From positions 20,001 through 144,000 of the forward strand of contig NZ_JMCB01000002.1 of assembly GCF_000737315.1 (NCBI RefSeq): a stretch of DNA of 124,000 bases. The letters run 5' to 3'. This stretch comes from Hyalangium minutum. GTDB taxonomy: Bacteria; Myxococcota; Myxococcia; Myxococcales; Myxococcaceae. The notes under the pieces are model-generated. The model did no database searches. It was not told where the DNA came from and worked only from the letters and a program-made list of their open reading frames with translations. Below are positions 48,134 through 58,802 of this stretch, piece by piece. Every line of letters begins with the position of its first letter. Position 1 is the stretch's first letter. The position numbers were made by a program, and so were the translations under genes.

Positions 48134-51100
48134 ATGTCCAGGATGATGTCCGTGCGGGGTTACCCCGCCCTCTCCCAGTTCCGCAGGGACAAGCTGCTCG
48201 CCCTGTGCCGCGAGCACGTGCCCGAGGCGGCCTCCGTCTACGCGGAGTACATGCACTTCATCGACACCTCGTCCGAGATGTCCGAGGACGAGAAGTCCGT
48301 GCTGTACCGCCTGCTCGAGTATGGCCCGCGCATTCCGCAGGGCGTGTGGACAGGCAGCCGGCTCATCGTCATTCCGCGGCCCGGGACGATGACGCCCTGG
48401 TCCTCGAAGGCGACGGACATCGCGCGGAGCTGTGGCCTGGAGCGGGTGAAGCGCATCGAGCGAGGGCTGTGTTTCTTCGTCCATGACAGCGAGGAAGGCC
48501 CGCTGACGCGCGAGCAGATGGAGCGCCTGAAGCACGTGCTGTACGACCGGATGACGCAGACGGTGATCTGGCGGATGGAGGATGCCGCGCAGCTCTTCGC
48601 TGATCACCCGCAGCGGCCGCTCTCCACGGTGGACGTGCTGGGAGGAGGCCGGCCCGCGCTGGTGGCGGCCAACCAGGAGCTGGGGCTGGCGCTGGCGGAC
48701 GACGAGGTGGACTACCTGGTGGCGCGCTTCGGCGAGCTGAAGCGGAACCCCACGGACGTCGAGCTGATGATGTTCGCGCAGGCGAACAGCGAGCACTGCC
48801 GGCACAAGATCTTCAACGCGAGCTGGACCATCGATGGCAAGCCGCAGGAGCGCTCGCTGTTCCAGGCCATCAAGAACACGTACGCGGCGCACAGCGAAGG
48901 CGTGCTGTCGGCGTACAAGGACAACGCGGCGGTGATCCAGGGTGTGGAGGCGGAGCGCTTCTTCCCGGATCCGGAGACGGGCGAGTGGCGTTCACGGCGT
49001 GAGCCCACGCACGTGCTGATGAAGGTGGAGACGCACAACCACCCGACGGCCATCTCTCCGTATCCGGGGGCGGCGACGGGAGCGGGCGGGGAGATCCGCG
49101 ACGAGGGCGCCACGGGGCGGGGCGCGAAGCCGAAGGCGGGGCTCACGGGCTTCTCGGTGTCGCACCTGCGCATTCCGGGCTACGAGCGGCCCTGGGAGAA
49201 GGCCTACGGCAAGCCGGTGCGGATTGTCTCCGCGCTGGACATCATGCTGGAGGGGCCGATTGGCGGGGCGGCGTACAACAACGAGTTCGGTCGGCCGAAC
49301 TTGTGCGGCTACTTCCGCAGCTTCGAGGCGCAGGTGTCCACGCCGGAGGGTATGGAGGTGCGCGGGTACCACAAGCCCATCATGATTGCGGGCGGCCTGG
49401 GCAACATCCGGCCGCAGCACGTGCAGAAGGGGAAGCTGCGGGCGGGGGACAAGATCGTCGTGCTCGGCGGGCCGGCGATGCTGATTGGCCTGGGCGGAGG
49501 GGCGGCCTCGTCCATGGCGCAGGGCTCGAGCGCGGCGGACCTGGACTTCGCCTCGGTGCAGCGGGACAACGCGGAGATGGAGCGGCGGTGCCAGGAGGTG
49601 ATCGACCGCTGCTGGGCGCTGGGGGAGCTGAACCCCATCCGGTCCATCCACGACGTGGGGGCAGGCGGTCTGTCGAACGCGGTGCCCGAGCTGGTGCACG
49701 ACAACGCGCTGGGCGGGCACTTCGAGCTGCGGGCAATTCCGAACGCGGAGCCGGGGATGTCCCCGGTGGAGATTTGGTGCAACGAGGCGCAGGAGCGCTA
49801 CGTGCTGGCGGTGGCGCCGGAGGACCTGGAGCGCTTCGCGGCGCTGTGTGAGCGGGAGCGCGCGCCGTACGCGGTGCTGGGAGAGGCCACGGCGGAGCAG
49901 GCGCTGAAGCTGGGGGACTGGCACTTCGGCAATACGCCGATCAACCTGCCGATGGACGTGCTGTTCGGCAAGCCGCCGAAGATGCACCGGGACGTGAAGT
50001 CTCGGCCGCTGACGCACGTGCCGGTGAGGCTGGACGGAGCGGAGCTGGGGGACATGGTAGCGCGGGTGCTGGAGCACCCGACGGTGGCGGACAAGTCGTT
50101 CCTCGTCACGATTGGGGATCGGACGGTGTCGGGGCAGACGGCGCGGGATCAGATGGTGGGCCCGTGGCAGGTGCCGGTGGCGGACTGCGCGGTGACGGCG
50201 ACGACCATCACCAGCCACACGGGCGAGGCCATGGCAATGGGAGAGCGGACGCCGCTGGCGCTCATCAGCGCGGCGGCCTCGGCGCGGATGGCGGTGGGCG
50301 AGGCGGTGACGAACATCGCGGCGGCGCGCATCGAGAAGCTGTCGGACGTGAAGCTGTCGGCGAACTGGATGGCGGCGGCGGGGAGCCCGGGCGAGGACGC
50401 GAACCTCTACGCTGCGGTGCACGCGGTGGGGATGGAGCTGTGTCCGTCGCTGGGGCTGACCATTCCGGTAGGCAAGGACTCGATGTCCATGCGCACGGCG
50501 TGGGAGGAGAAGGGTGGACGCAAGGCGGTGGTGGCGCCGGTGTCGCTCATCGTCTCGGCGTTCGCGCCGGTGGTGGACGTGCGGCAGTCGTTGACGCCGC
50601 AGCTGCGCGAGCCGGCTGGAGACACGCGGCTGCTCTTCATCGACTTGGCGAAGGGGCGGCAGCGGCTGGGTGGCTCGGTGCTGGCGCAGGTCTACGAGCA
50701 GGTGGGGGCGGAGTGCCCGGACGTGGAGGATCCGGCGCTGCTGCGAGGGTTCTTCGCGGCGCTGCAGGAGCTGAACGCGGCGGGGCGGGTGCTGGCGTAC
50801 CACGACCGCTCGGATGGAGGTCTGCTGGCGACGCTGGCGGAGATGGCGTTCGCGGGCCACTGCGGGCTGGACGTGGACGTGGCGGCGCTCGGAGGGGAGG
50901 CTCCTGCGGCTCTCTTCAACGAGGAACTGGGAGCGGTGCTGCAGGTGCGCGCGGCGGACGTGGGGAGCGTGCGCGAGGTGCTGGTGCGGCACGGGGCGCT
51001 GGTGCACGAGCTGGGGCGGCCTCGGGCGGAGCTGGAGGTGCGGCTGCGGCAGGGCGGGAAGACGCTGCTCGAGGTGCCGACGATGGCGCTGCGGCATTAC

Positions 51101-52036
51101 TGGTCGCGCGTCAGCTACGAGATGCAGAAGCTGCGGGACAACCCGCGCTGCGCGGAGGAGGAGTACGCGGCGAAGTGCGACCCGGACGATCCGGGCCTGT
51201 CGCCGAAGCTCACGTTCGATCCGAAGGAGGACGTCGCGGCGCCGTACATTGCCAAGGGGGCGAAGCCTCGGGTGGCAGTGCTGCGTGAGCAGGGTGTGAA
51301 CAGCCAGATGGAGATGGCGGCGGCGTTCACGCGTGCGGGCTTTGCGGCGGTGGACGTGCACATGAGCGACGTGCTGGCCGGGCGCGTGTCGCTGAAGGAC
51401 TTCAAGGGCGTGCTGGCGTGCGGAGGGTTCTCCTTCGGCGACGTGCTGGGAGCCGGTGGAGGGTGGGCGAAGTCCATCCTCTTCAACCCCAGGGCGCGGG
51501 ACGAGTTCTCGGCGTTCTTCGCGCGGCCGGACAGCTTCGGGCTGGGCATCTGCAACGGTTGCCAGATGATGGCGCAGCTGAAGGAGATCATCCCGGGAGC
51601 GGATCACTTCCCGCGCTTCGTGAGGAACGCGTCAGAGCAATTCGAAGCGCGGCTGTCCCTGGTGGAGGTAGCGGAGAGCCCCTCGCTGTTCTTCAAGGGG
51701 ATGGCAGGGAGCCGGATGCTGATCGCCGTGTCGCACGGTGAGGGGTTCGCGGAGTTCCCCAACCGGGAGGAGGCGGCACGGGTGAACGGGCTCGGCCTGG
51801 TGACGGCGCGCTTCGTGGACAACCACGGTCAGGTGACGGAGAAGTACCCGGCGAACCCGAACGGCTCACCGTTTGGCCTGTGCGGACTGACGACGGTGGA
51901 CGGGCGTTTCACGCTGATGATGCCGCATCCGGAGCGGGTGCACCGGACGGTGCAGCACTCGTGGCATCCGGACAGCTGGGGCGAGGACGGCCCGTGGATG
52001 CGCCTGTTCCGCAACGCCCGGGCGTGGCTGGGCTAA
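48134..52036 (+). CDS. purL: Phosphoribosylformylglycinamidine synthase (large single-chain form)
   Basis: [49 protein letters not shown]. Confidence 0.97.
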   Translation: MSRMMSVRGYPALSQFRRDKLLALCREHVPEAASVYAEYMHFIDTSSEMSEDEKSVLYRLLEYGPRIPQGVWTGSRLIVIPRPGTMTPWSSKATDIARSCGLERVKRIERGLCFFVHDSEEGPLTREQMERLKHVLYDRMTQTVIWRMEDAAQLFADHPQRPLSTVDVLGGGRPALVAANQELGLALADDEVDYLVARFGELKRNPTDVELMMFAQANSEHCRHKIFNASWTIDGKPQERSLFQAIKNTYAAHSEGVLSAYKDNAAVIQGVEAERFFPDPETGEWRSRREPTHVLMKVETHNHPTAISPYPGAATGAGGEIRDEGATGRGAKPKAGLTGFSVSHLRIPGYERPWEKAYGKPVRIVSALDIMLEGPIGGAAYNNEFGRPNLCGYFRSFEAQVSTPEGMEVRGYHKPIMIAGGLGNIRPQHVQKGKLRAGDKIVVLGGPAMLIGLGGGAASSMAQGSSAADLDFASVQRDNAEMERRCQEVIDRCWALGELNPIRSIHDVGAGGLSNAVPELVHDNALGGHFELRAIPNAEPGMSPVEIWCNEAQERYVLAVAPEDLERFAALCERERAPYAVLGEATAEQALKLGDWHFGNTPINLPMDVLFGKPPKMHRDVKSRPLTHVPVRLDGAELGDMVARVLEHPTVADKSFLVTIGDRTVSGQTARDQMVGPWQVPVADCAVTATTITSHTGEAMAMGERTPLALISAAASARMAVGEAVTNIAAARIEKLSDVKLSANWMAAAGSPGEDANLYAAVHAVGMELCPSLGLTIPVGKDSMSMRTAWEEKGGRKAVVAPVSLIVSAFAPVVDVRQSLTPQLREPAGDTRLLFIDLAKGRQRLGGSVLAQVYEQVGAECPDVEDPALLRGFFAALQELNAAGRVLAYHDRSDGGLLATLAEMAFAGHCGLDVDVAALGGEAPAALFNEELGAVLQVRAADVGSVREVLVRHGALVHELGRPRAELEVRLRQGGKTLLEVPTMALRHYWSRVSYEMQKLRDNPRCAEEEYAAKCDPDDPGLSPKLTFDPKEDVAAPYIAKGAKPRVAVLREQGVNSQMEMAAAFTRAGFAAVDVHMSDVLAGRVSLKDFKGVLACGGFSFGDVLGAGGGWAKSILFNPRARDEFSAFFARPDSFGLGICNGCQMMAQLKEIIPGADHFPRFVRNASEQFEARLSLVEVAESPSLFFKGMAGSRMLIAVSHGEGFAEFPNREEAARVNGLGLVTARFVDNHGQVTEKYPANPNGSPFGLCGLTTVDGRFTLMMPHPERVHRTVQHSWHPDSWGEDGPWMRLFRNARAWLG

Positions 52037-52053
52037 AGGACGGCTTCACGGGC

Positions 52054-52620
52054 TCAGGCCCGGTGGCTGCTCTCGCCCGTCACGACGGCTGAGCCGATCA
52101 GGTGCGCCAGCCGGAGCGGCTCCGGCACGTGCCCCCGATCCGTGACTCGCGCGAGCGCCTCGGCCACCTCGGAGGGCTCCGCTCCCTGCACCTGGAAGGT
52201 GAAGCCGCCTACCTGATGGATGGGGCCCGCCCGCCTCAACAATGCCAGACGTTGCTCTGCGCGGGGCAGTCGCCGCAGGGCTTGCTCCACGGCCGCCAGA
52301 TCCGGCATGCGCCGCATCACCGACACGCACGGACGCTTCAGGCGCGCCGCCAGCGCTGGCAGGTCCACCACGTTGAAGCCACCGAAGGCAATTCCATCCA
52401 GCAACACCAGGTGGAGCTGCGGGAGGAACTTGCCGCCCTCCAGCAGCCGGCACACCTCCTGTGTCGCCGTCCACCCGTCCTTGCGCACCCGTCCCCAGAC
52501 GAGCCCCTCGAAGCGCGTGCCGCTGCACACCACCCCCACCACGGGCACCACGGCACCCGGGCGGCGCTGGAAGGGCGCGTCGTCGAAGCCGATGACACGA
52601 GGCAAGCGGGGCAGTCGCAT
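52054..52620 (-). CDS. DUF99 family (endonuclease V-like) protein
   Basis: VIGFDDAPF, LLDGIAFGGFNVVD, VPEPLRLAHLI. Confidence 0.85.
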   Translation of the reverse strand: MRLPRLPRVIGFDDAPFQRRPGAVVPVVGVVCSGTRFEGLVWGRVRKDGWTATQEVCRLLEGGKFLPQLHLVLLDGIAFGGFNVVDLPALAARLKRPCVSVMRRMPDLAAVEQALRRLPRAEQRLALLRRAGPIHQVGGFTFQVQGAEPSEVAEALARVTDRGHVPEPLRLAHLIGSAVVTGESSHRA

Positions 52621-52641
52621 GGAAGGAGTCTGCGCTCTCTC

Positions 52642-52684
52642 AAAAAAACGGAAGCCCGACCACCGAGAAGGGGGCCGGGCTCCG
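52642..52684 (-). terminator. Intrinsic terminator downstream of the cold-shock gene
   Basis: Minus strand GGAGCCCGGCC...GGTCGGGCTTCC hairpin followed by GTTTTTTT. Confidence 0.75.
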
Positions 52685-52706
52685 GAACATCACCTGGGAG
52701 TGCGTC

Positions 52707-52910
52707 TCAGGCGGCGCGGACGTTCTGCGCCTGCAGGCCCTTGGGGCCCTTGGTGACCTCGAACTGCACCTTCTGGCCCTCGGCCAGCGTGCGGAAGCCA
52801 TCCATGTTGATCGCGGTGTGGTGGACGAACACGTCCTCACCTCCGCCATCCTGGGTGATGAAACCGAAGCCCTTCGCGTCGTTGAACCACTTCACAGTAC
52901 CAGTTGCCAT
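52707..52910 (-). CDS. Cold-shock protein (CspA family)
   Basis: [15 protein letters not shown]...DVFVHHTAI. Confidence 0.97.
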   Translation of the reverse strand: MATGTVKWFNDAKGFGFITQDGGGEDVFVHHTAINMDGFRTLAEGQKVQFEVTKGPKGLQAQNVRAA

Positions 52911-53158
52911 GAACCTTCTTCTTTCGTTGCAAGGCGGCTTTCACCGCCCTTCATTCATACCCAGCACGCTGGGTGAGCGCTCACGTAGCCCGACTCTCCC
53001 AGAAAGTCGAGAGGGCGGCAGTGGAAGCGTCGAAAAAGAGGAGAGGCTGAACAGCTCTCCGTGAATATTCCAACACCAGAAGCAGGCAGGCACGCGTGGG
53101 TACGCGCGCGGGCGCCGAGTGCATAGCTTGAAGGGCTAAAACCTCTCAGGAGTCTCGG

Positions 53159-53707
53159 ATGGCCGAGCTGAACCCTCTCCAAGACACGCACCCCTCGCGG
53201 GAAAGCCTTTCACGCGCGGTCTCCCAGGCCCTGCGCCACGTTTGGGATCGCAGCGCCGCGGCAGGCATTGTCTCCCAGCCGCTCGCGGGAGGACGGCTGC
53301 CGCTGCGCCGCTGGCTGCCCCAGGGCGCACACTCGCTGCTCGATATCGCGGCGGGGGTGGCGGTGGCGCTCGCGGGACAGCTCTCCGGGGACCGCACAGC
53401 TCAGCGCGTCAGCCGGCTGTTGGGACTGAAGCTCGTGGGCACCACCCTGCTCACGGACAGCCAGGTGACGCTCTCTCGCCTGGTGCCCATCGAGCTGCAC
53501 GAGCTGGTGGACTACGGCTGGGGGCTCGCCACCCTGGCCGCGCCCTTCGTGGGGGGCTACGCGCGCAGGGCTCCTGGGGCCACGGCGGTGCACGTGCTGG
53601 CGGGAACGGCCGTCATCGTCGGCTCGCTCGTCACGGACTATCGCTGCCGCAGCGGCATGCACTTGGGCCACGAGCGCATCACGGATCCGGGGCCTCTCAG
53701 CGCATGA
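53159..53707 (+). CDS. Membrane hypothetical protein (SPW-repeat-like)
   Basis: Repeated HSLLDIAAG / HELVDYGWG helical hairpins. Confidence 0.6.
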   Translation: MAELNPLQDTHPSRESLSRAVSQALRHVWDRSAAAGIVSQPLAGGRLPLRRWLPQGAHSLLDIAAGVAVALAGQLSGDRTAQRVSRLLGLKLVGTTLLTDSQVTLSRLVPIELHELVDYGWGLATLAAPFVGGYARRAPGATAVHVLAGTAVIVGSLVTDYRCRSGMHLGHERITDPGPLSA

Positions 53708-53730
53708 GCGACCGAGGCGTGAGGCCCTGA

Positions 53731-53768
53731 AAAGCGAAGCGGCAGGGCACCCGGAGGCACCCTGCCGC
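53731..53768 (-). terminator. Probable terminator after hppA
   Basis: GCGGCAGGG...CCCTGCCGC stem with TTCGCTTTT following on the minus strand. Confidence 0.55.
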
Positions 53769-53814
53769 TCGTGAAGCTCAGGGAAGCGGGAGCCTCAGGC
53801 CCCCGCTCTCGGGA

Positions 53815-56313
53815 CTACTTGTGGGCGCCCTCGCCCTTCATCGGCGTCTCGATGCGCATGCCGTAGAACGACCGGTACACGAAGACGAGCGACAGGACGA
53901 AGAACACCACGGACAGCACGTGGGTGAGCATGGTGTTGCCGGACTTGTTCAGCTCCACCGCCAGCTCCACCGCGAGCAGGCCGAACAGGGTGGTGAACTT
54001 GATGACCGGGTTGAGCGCCACGGACGAGGTGTCCTTGAACGGATCGCCCACCGTGTCGCCGACCACCGTGGCCGCGTGCAGGTCCGTGCCCTTGGCGCGC
54101 AGCTCCGTCTCCACCAGCTTCTTCGCGTTGTCCCACGCGCCACCCGCGTTCGCCATGAACACGGCCTGGTACAGACCGAAGATGGCGATGGAGATCAGGT
54201 AGCCAATGAAGAAGTACGGCTCGGCGCAGGCGAACGCCAGGGTGCTGAAGAACACGCCCAGGAAGATGTTGAGCATGCCCTTCTGCGCGTACTGGGTGCA
54301 GATCTCCACCACGCGCTTGGAGTCCGTCACGCTCGCCTTCTCCACGCCCTCCAGCTTGATGTTGGCCTTGATGAACTCCACCGCGCGGTAGGCGCCCGTG
54401 GACACCGCCTGCATCGAGGCGCCCGAGAACCAGTAGATGACCGCGCCGCCCGTCACCAGGCCCAGCAGGAAGGGCGCGTGCAGCAGGGACAGGTTGCCCA
54501 GGCCCGCGGCCTTCAGCGACATGATGCCGTTGGTCGTCTCCGTGCCCACCAGCAGCACGATGATGGAGAAGATCATCGTCGTGGCGCCCACCACCGCGGT
54601 GCCGATGAGCACCGGCTTGGCCGTCGCCTTGAACGTGTTGCCCGCGCCGTCGTTCTCCTCCAGGTACTCCTTGCCCTTCTCGAAGTTGGGCGTGAAGCCG
54701 AAGTCCTTGGCCACTTCCTCCTTCACGTTGGGCACGTTCTCGATCAGCGACAGCTCGTACACGCTCTGCGCGTTGTCCGTCACAGGACCGTAGCTGTCCA
54801 CCGCGATGGTGACCGGGCCCATGCCCAGGAAGCCGAACGCCACCAGGCCGAACGCGAACACCGCCGGGGCCAGCATCAGCTCCACCGGCACGGTCGTGCT
54901 CACCCAGAAGGCGGCGCCCATCAGCCCCGCGATGATGATGCCCATCCAGTAGGCGGAGAAGTTACCGGCCACCAGGCCGGAGATGACGTTGAGGCTGGGG
55001 CCACCCTCCTGGCTGGCCTTCACCACCTCGCGCACGTGGCGGCTCTCGGTGGAGGTGAAGGCCTTGACGACCTCCGGGATGATCGCGCCGGCCAGCGTGC
55101 CGCAGGTGATGATCAGCGACAGCTTCCACCACAGCGTGGTGTCATCCGCCAGGTTCGGGATGAGCAGGTAGCTGACCACGAAGGTGAGCGCCACGGACAC
55201 GATCGACGTGAGCCACACCAGGAACGTCAGCGGGTGCTCGAAGTTCATCTTGTCGGCGGTCTTGTACTTGCCGCCCTGGATGATGCCGTTCACGCCGTAG
55301 GACAGCAGGCTGGCCACCACCATCACGATGCGCATCACGAAGATCCACACCAGCAGCTGCACCTGGAACGAAGGGGGCACCGCCAGCAGGATGAAGGTGA
55401 TGAGCGCCACGCCCGTCACGCCGTAGGTCTCGAAGCCGTCCGCCGAGGGGCCCACGCTGTCGCCCGCGTTGTCGCCCGTGCAGTCGGCGATCACGCCGGG
55501 GTTGCGCGCGTCGTCTTCCTTGATCTTGAAGACGATCTTCATCAGGTCCGAGCCGATGTCCGCGATCTTCGTGAAGATACCGCCCGCGATGCGCAGCACC
55601 GAGGCGCCCAGCGACTCGCCGATGGCGAAGCCGATGAAGCACGGGCCCGCGTAGGTGGGCGGGACGAAGATCAGGATGATGAGCATCAGCAACAGCTCGG
55701 TGCTGATGAGCACCATGCCGATGGACATACCGGCCTGCAGCGGGATGGCGTAGGTGGGGTAGGGCTTGCCGCGCAGGGACGCGAACGCCGTGCGGCTGTT
55801 GGCGAACGTGTTCACCCGGATGCCGAACCAGGCCACGCCGTAGCTGCCCGCGATGCCGATGAGGCTGAAGAGGATGATGGCCAGCAGCTTGGCCGGCGCC
55901 TCGCTCAGCATGTGCTGCAGGAAGCCGAAGTAGCCGACCATCACCACCAGCAGCAGCGCCCACAGGCCGAGGATGAACTTGCCCTGGGTGATGAGGTACG
56001 TCTTGCACGTCTCGTAGATGAGCTCGGAGATCTCCAGCATCGACCGGTGCACGGGCAGGTTCTTCAGCTGGCCGTACTGGATGAAGCCGAAGACCAGGCC
56101 GAGCACGCTCACCAGGATGCCGCCCAGCAACAGCTGCTGGCCATTGAGCGCGCCGCCGAGGAAGGACTGAGAGGTAAAGTCAGGGAGGACGAGGTCCGCC
56201 TCGCTGGCGCGGGCGGTGCTACCGGCGAGGACGGCCAGGAGTCCAAGGACTCGGGCAGCCACGCCGGTGACGCCCTGCAGGGGAGCGTCATTCCGTGAAA
56301 CGGTGGGTGTCAT
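53815..56313 (-). CDS. hppA: Membrane-bound proton-translocating pyrophosphatase (K+-independent type)
   Basis: GGIFTKIADIGSD, DDARNPGVIADCTGDNAGD, DSYGPVTDNA, GNTFKA (Lys at the K+-dependence site), DTVGDPFKD. Confidence 0.95.
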   Translation of the reverse strand: MTPTVSRNDAPLQGVTGVAARVLGLLAVLAGSTARASEADLVLPDFTSQSFLGGALNGQQLLLGGILVSVLGLVFGFIQYGQLKNLPVHRSMLEISELIYETCKTYLITQGKFILGLWALLLVVMVGYFGFLQHMLSEAPAKLLAIILFSLIGIAGSYGVAWFGIRVNTFANSRTAFASLRGKPYPTYAIPLQAGMSIGMVLISTELLLMLIILIFVPPTYAGPCFIGFAIGESLGASVLRIAGGIFTKIADIGSDLMKIVFKIKEDDARNPGVIADCTGDNAGDSVGPSADGFETYGVTGVALITFILLAVPPSFQVQLLVWIFVMRIVMVVASLLSYGVNGIIQGGKYKTADKMNFEHPLTFLVWLTSIVSVALTFVVSYLLIPNLADDTTLWWKLSLIITCGTLAGAIIPEVVKAFTSTESRHVREVVKASQEGGPSLNVISGLVAGNFSAYWMGIIIAGLMGAAFWVSTTVPVELMLAPAVFAFGLVAFGFLGMGPVTIAVDSYGPVTDNAQSVYELSLIENVPNVKEEVAKDFGFTPNFEKGKEYLEENDGAGNTFKATAKPVLIGTAVVGATTMIFSIIVLLVGTETTNGIMSLKAAGLGNLSLLHAPFLLGLVTGGAVIYWFSGASMQAVSTGAYRAVEFIKANIKLEGVEKASVTDSKRVVEICTQYAQKGMLNIFLGVFFSTLAFACAEPYFFIGYLISIAIFGLYQAVFMANAGGAWDNAKKLVETELRAKGTDLHAATVVGDTVGDPFKDTSSVALNPVIKFTTLFGLLAVELAVELNKSGNTMLTHVLSVVFFVLSLVFVYRSFYGMRIETPMKGEGAHK

Positions 56314-56483
56314 GTGGGGTGCAACTCCTCAAGAGAGAAATTCGAGGGGTTGGCCGCCTGCGGGCGGTTACACCGCACGCCGACGCTTCAGCACAGCCTC
56401 GCCCTTCTAGAGCCAGAAGAGCCCAGAAGGCGGCGGCCCCTTAGCACGGGGCGAGTGCGAAAGTCGACTCTTACGGTACGACA

Positions 56484-56721
56484 CGGTCGAAGGGCAGGGG
56501 CCCTCCCCCGAGGTTGATCGGTCTCCCATGGGCTGCCGCGAGGAGAACGTCCCCGTTGGGAACCTCTGCTGCACGTAACGCCTGGCTGTCCCCCAGCACC
56601 AGCGCCCGCGACCCTCTCAAGGCTCCCACGCCCTCACCCGCTCCCAACCCGCCCAACCTTCCCCATCCCCCTGCCCGCCACTCCCCTACACCCCCCCGAC
56701 CGACCCCTGCCCTTCGAACCG
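56484..56721. repeat. Long-range 17-18 bp inverted repeat flanking a C-rich tract
   Basis: CGGTCGAAGGGCAGGGG (56484-56500) vs CCCCTGCCCTTCGAACCG (56704-56721). Confidence 0.6.
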
Positions 56722-56870
56722 CACCTCACCCTTCTGCAAGCACATTGCCAACGCCACGTTGGGGCCGATCCCTCGGGAAGACGCGGGCATGGAGCCTCTC
56801 AACGGCTGGAGAGGGCCCCCGGCTGCCGTAAAAACTCCTGGCTCTGGAGGGCAAGAGAGGGTGAGGAGGT

Positions 56871-56918
56871 AAAAAGAACGCGCCCGCCTGGGATGCGAGC
56901 ATCCCAGCGGCGGGCGCG
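56871..56918 (-). terminator. Strong intrinsic terminator after the 56964-57479 gene
   Basis: CGCGCCCGCC-TGGGATGC-GA-GCATCCCA-GC-GGCGGGCGCG hairpin with TTCTTTTT tail on the minus strand. Confidence 0.8.
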
Positions 56919-56963
56919 GGGGTGGCACAGGGCACACCCGGGACCTACAAGTTGCAGTGCGAA

Positions 56964-57479
56964 CTAGTTCACCTTGACCTGGAGCTCCTTGAGGACCTCA
57001 TCGCCGCGCATGACGCTCACGGTCCAGTTGCCCGCCTTGTTCAGGCGCACACCGGTCCACTGGCGGGCGCGCCAGCCGTCGCCCTTGACCTTGACGTCCT
57101 TCGTCTCGCGCACGGTGGCGCCCTGCTTGGTCTGGACCATGATGTCCTCGATGGAGTCACCCTGGGGCACCAGGTAGGCCTGCCACAGCATCACGGTGGT
57201 GTTGGCCTTCACGCCAGCGGCGGGATCCACCTCGGCGGTGCACTCGAACTTGTTGGGGCCGTCCTTGGCCACCTCGGTGCACAGCTTGGCCTCGACGAGC
57301 ACCGGGCCCTGGCCCTGGCCCTTGTAGAAGTAGTCCCACGTGTTCTTCACCGCTTCGGCGCCCGGCTTGGTCACGGGCGTGGCCGTCGGAGCCGCGGTGG
57401 GGGCCGCCTCCTGGGCCAGCGCCACAGGCGACAGAGTCAGGGCCGCAACCACCACAGTCCGAGTCAGCATCTTCTTCAT
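56964..57479 (-). CDS. Secreted protein (DUF2914-like Ig-fold)
   Basis: Sec signal MKKMLTRTVVVAALTLSPVALA; GWRARQW...AGNWTVSVM.GDEVL pattern. Confidence 0.65.
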   Translation of the reverse strand: MKKMLTRTVVVAALTLSPVALAQEAAPTAAPTATPVTKPGAEAVKNTWDYFYKGQGQGPVLVEAKLCTEVAKDGPNKFECTAEVDPAAGVKANTTVMLWQAYLVPQGDSIEDIMVQTKQGATVRETKDVKVKGDGWRARQWTGVRLNKAGNWTVSVMRGDEVLKELQVKVN

Positions 57480-57641
57480 TGAAAGAGTCCCCTCCGTTGA
57501 GAGCCAGACACATGCCAGCTCGGAGGCCGCCTCTAGCATGAATCTCGCCGCGCACCCATGTGCGGTTCTGGCGGGGCGAGTGCTTCAAAGTGCGCCCAGC
57601 GCGGGCGTGAATAGGCCCGGGGCCCGGGCGTTCCACGGATC

Positions 57642-58385
57642 ATGCTTCGACTGCTCGCCGTGCTCGCCGTGTGGGGGCCTCTGGTGTGGAGCGCCCCGCA
57701 AGCCCACGCTGCTGGGAAGAAGCCGTCCCCCGTGGCCCAGAAGCCCGGGACGACGCCGGGTGCCGCCTCGACGAAGATGCGGAGTGCGCCTCCTTCCCGG
57801 CCACGCAGTGCGTCACGCGCCTCGCGGGAGCTGGGCGCGCGCATCGCCACCCGGGCCTCGAGGCTGGTGGGCGTCACCTCGCTGCGCAAAGTGGACACGT
57901 CGGTGCCGGACGACTGCACGGGGGTCGTGCGGCTGGCCTACGAGAGCGTGGGCATCGAATTGATGACAGGAATAGGGCGGGCCGGTGACAACGGTGTCAC
58001 GCACATCTACCAGCGCGCGCGGAGCGTGGGAGCCCTGCACAAAAGCCGGCCCCAGCCGGGAGACCTCGTCTTCTTCCGGGAGACGTATGACCGCGACCGG
58101 GATGGGCGGCGCGATGATGGCCTCACGCACGTGGCTGTCGTCGAGCGCGTGGAAGCGGATGGGACTGTCACCTTCGTCCACCGTGGCAGCAAGGGCGTGG
58201 CGCGGTCTCGGATGAACTTGAGCGCTCCCAAAGTCCACCGTGCGCGAGGCAGCAACGCGGTGGTGAATGACTACCTGCGTCAAGCCTCGCAGGGCCGCCG
58301 CGCGTATCTGACGGGGGAGCTGTTCGCGGGCTTTGCCTCTCCGGGCCCGCTGGCCCAGGCAAACACCGCCTCGGCGCGCCGCTGA
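57642..58385 (+). CDS. NlpC/P60 (CHAP-like) peptidoglycan hydrolase
   Basis: Signal peptide; DDCTG catalytic Cys, PQPGDLVFF, THVAVV His. Confidence 0.85.
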   Translation: MLRLLAVLAVWGPLVWSAPQAHAAGKKPSPVAQKPGTTPGAASTKMRSAPPSRPRSASRASRELGARIATRASRLVGVTSLRKVDTSVPDDCTGVVRLAYESVGIELMTGIGRAGDNGVTHIYQRARSVGALHKSRPQPGDLVFFRETYDRDRDGRRDDGLTHVAVVERVEADGTVTFVHRGSKGVARSRMNLSAPKVHRARGSNAVVNDYLRQASQGRRAYLTGELFAGFASPGPLAQANTASARR

Positions 58386-58517
58386 TCCACACGCCAGAAG
58401 ATGTGGGAGGAATTCGGGTTTACCTCAAGTGCATCGGCGCTCATTTATGGCTCAAGTGCACTGCCCGCGCGTGGGATGTCAGCCGCGGATGGCATATCCC
58501 CCATGAAAGAGGTGCCC

Positions 58518-58802
58518 ATGAGCTGTGCCGCCGTCACCGTGAATCGCTCGTTGATCCTGCTGGCCATCGCCTGGGGTGTCATTCCCGTAGCGGTCTTCCA
58601 AGCGGTGACGATGACGGGCCAGGATGACGCGGTGGCGGTCCACAGCGGATGGGAGCCCGAGCCTGGGAGCGACACCCTCTCGTCCCCGCTGAGCGAGCCG
58701 CCCCCGTGCAAGCTCGACCATACGGCGGGGCTGCTCCCCGCGCTCAGCATGGCCATCACTCAGCCGAACAGGAAGAACGCCAGCGTCACGAACGGCAGGT
58801 AG
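58518..58802 (+). CDS. Possible small membrane protein
   Basis: GAGG RBS before ATG 58518; one TM (SLILLAIAWGVIPVAVF); overlaps the 3' end of the atoE-like gene. Confidence 0.3.
   Translation: MSCAAVTVNRSLILLAIAWGVIPVAVFQAVTMTGQDDAVAVHSGWEPEPGSDTLSSPLSEPPPCKLDHTAGLLPALSMAITQPNRKNASVTNGR

Noticed and set aside
56400-56870. Possible retron msr/msd (msDNA) because of the flanking inverted repeats
   Set aside because: No reverse transcriptase gene nearby and no msd hairpin recognised; kept only as an unexplained IR
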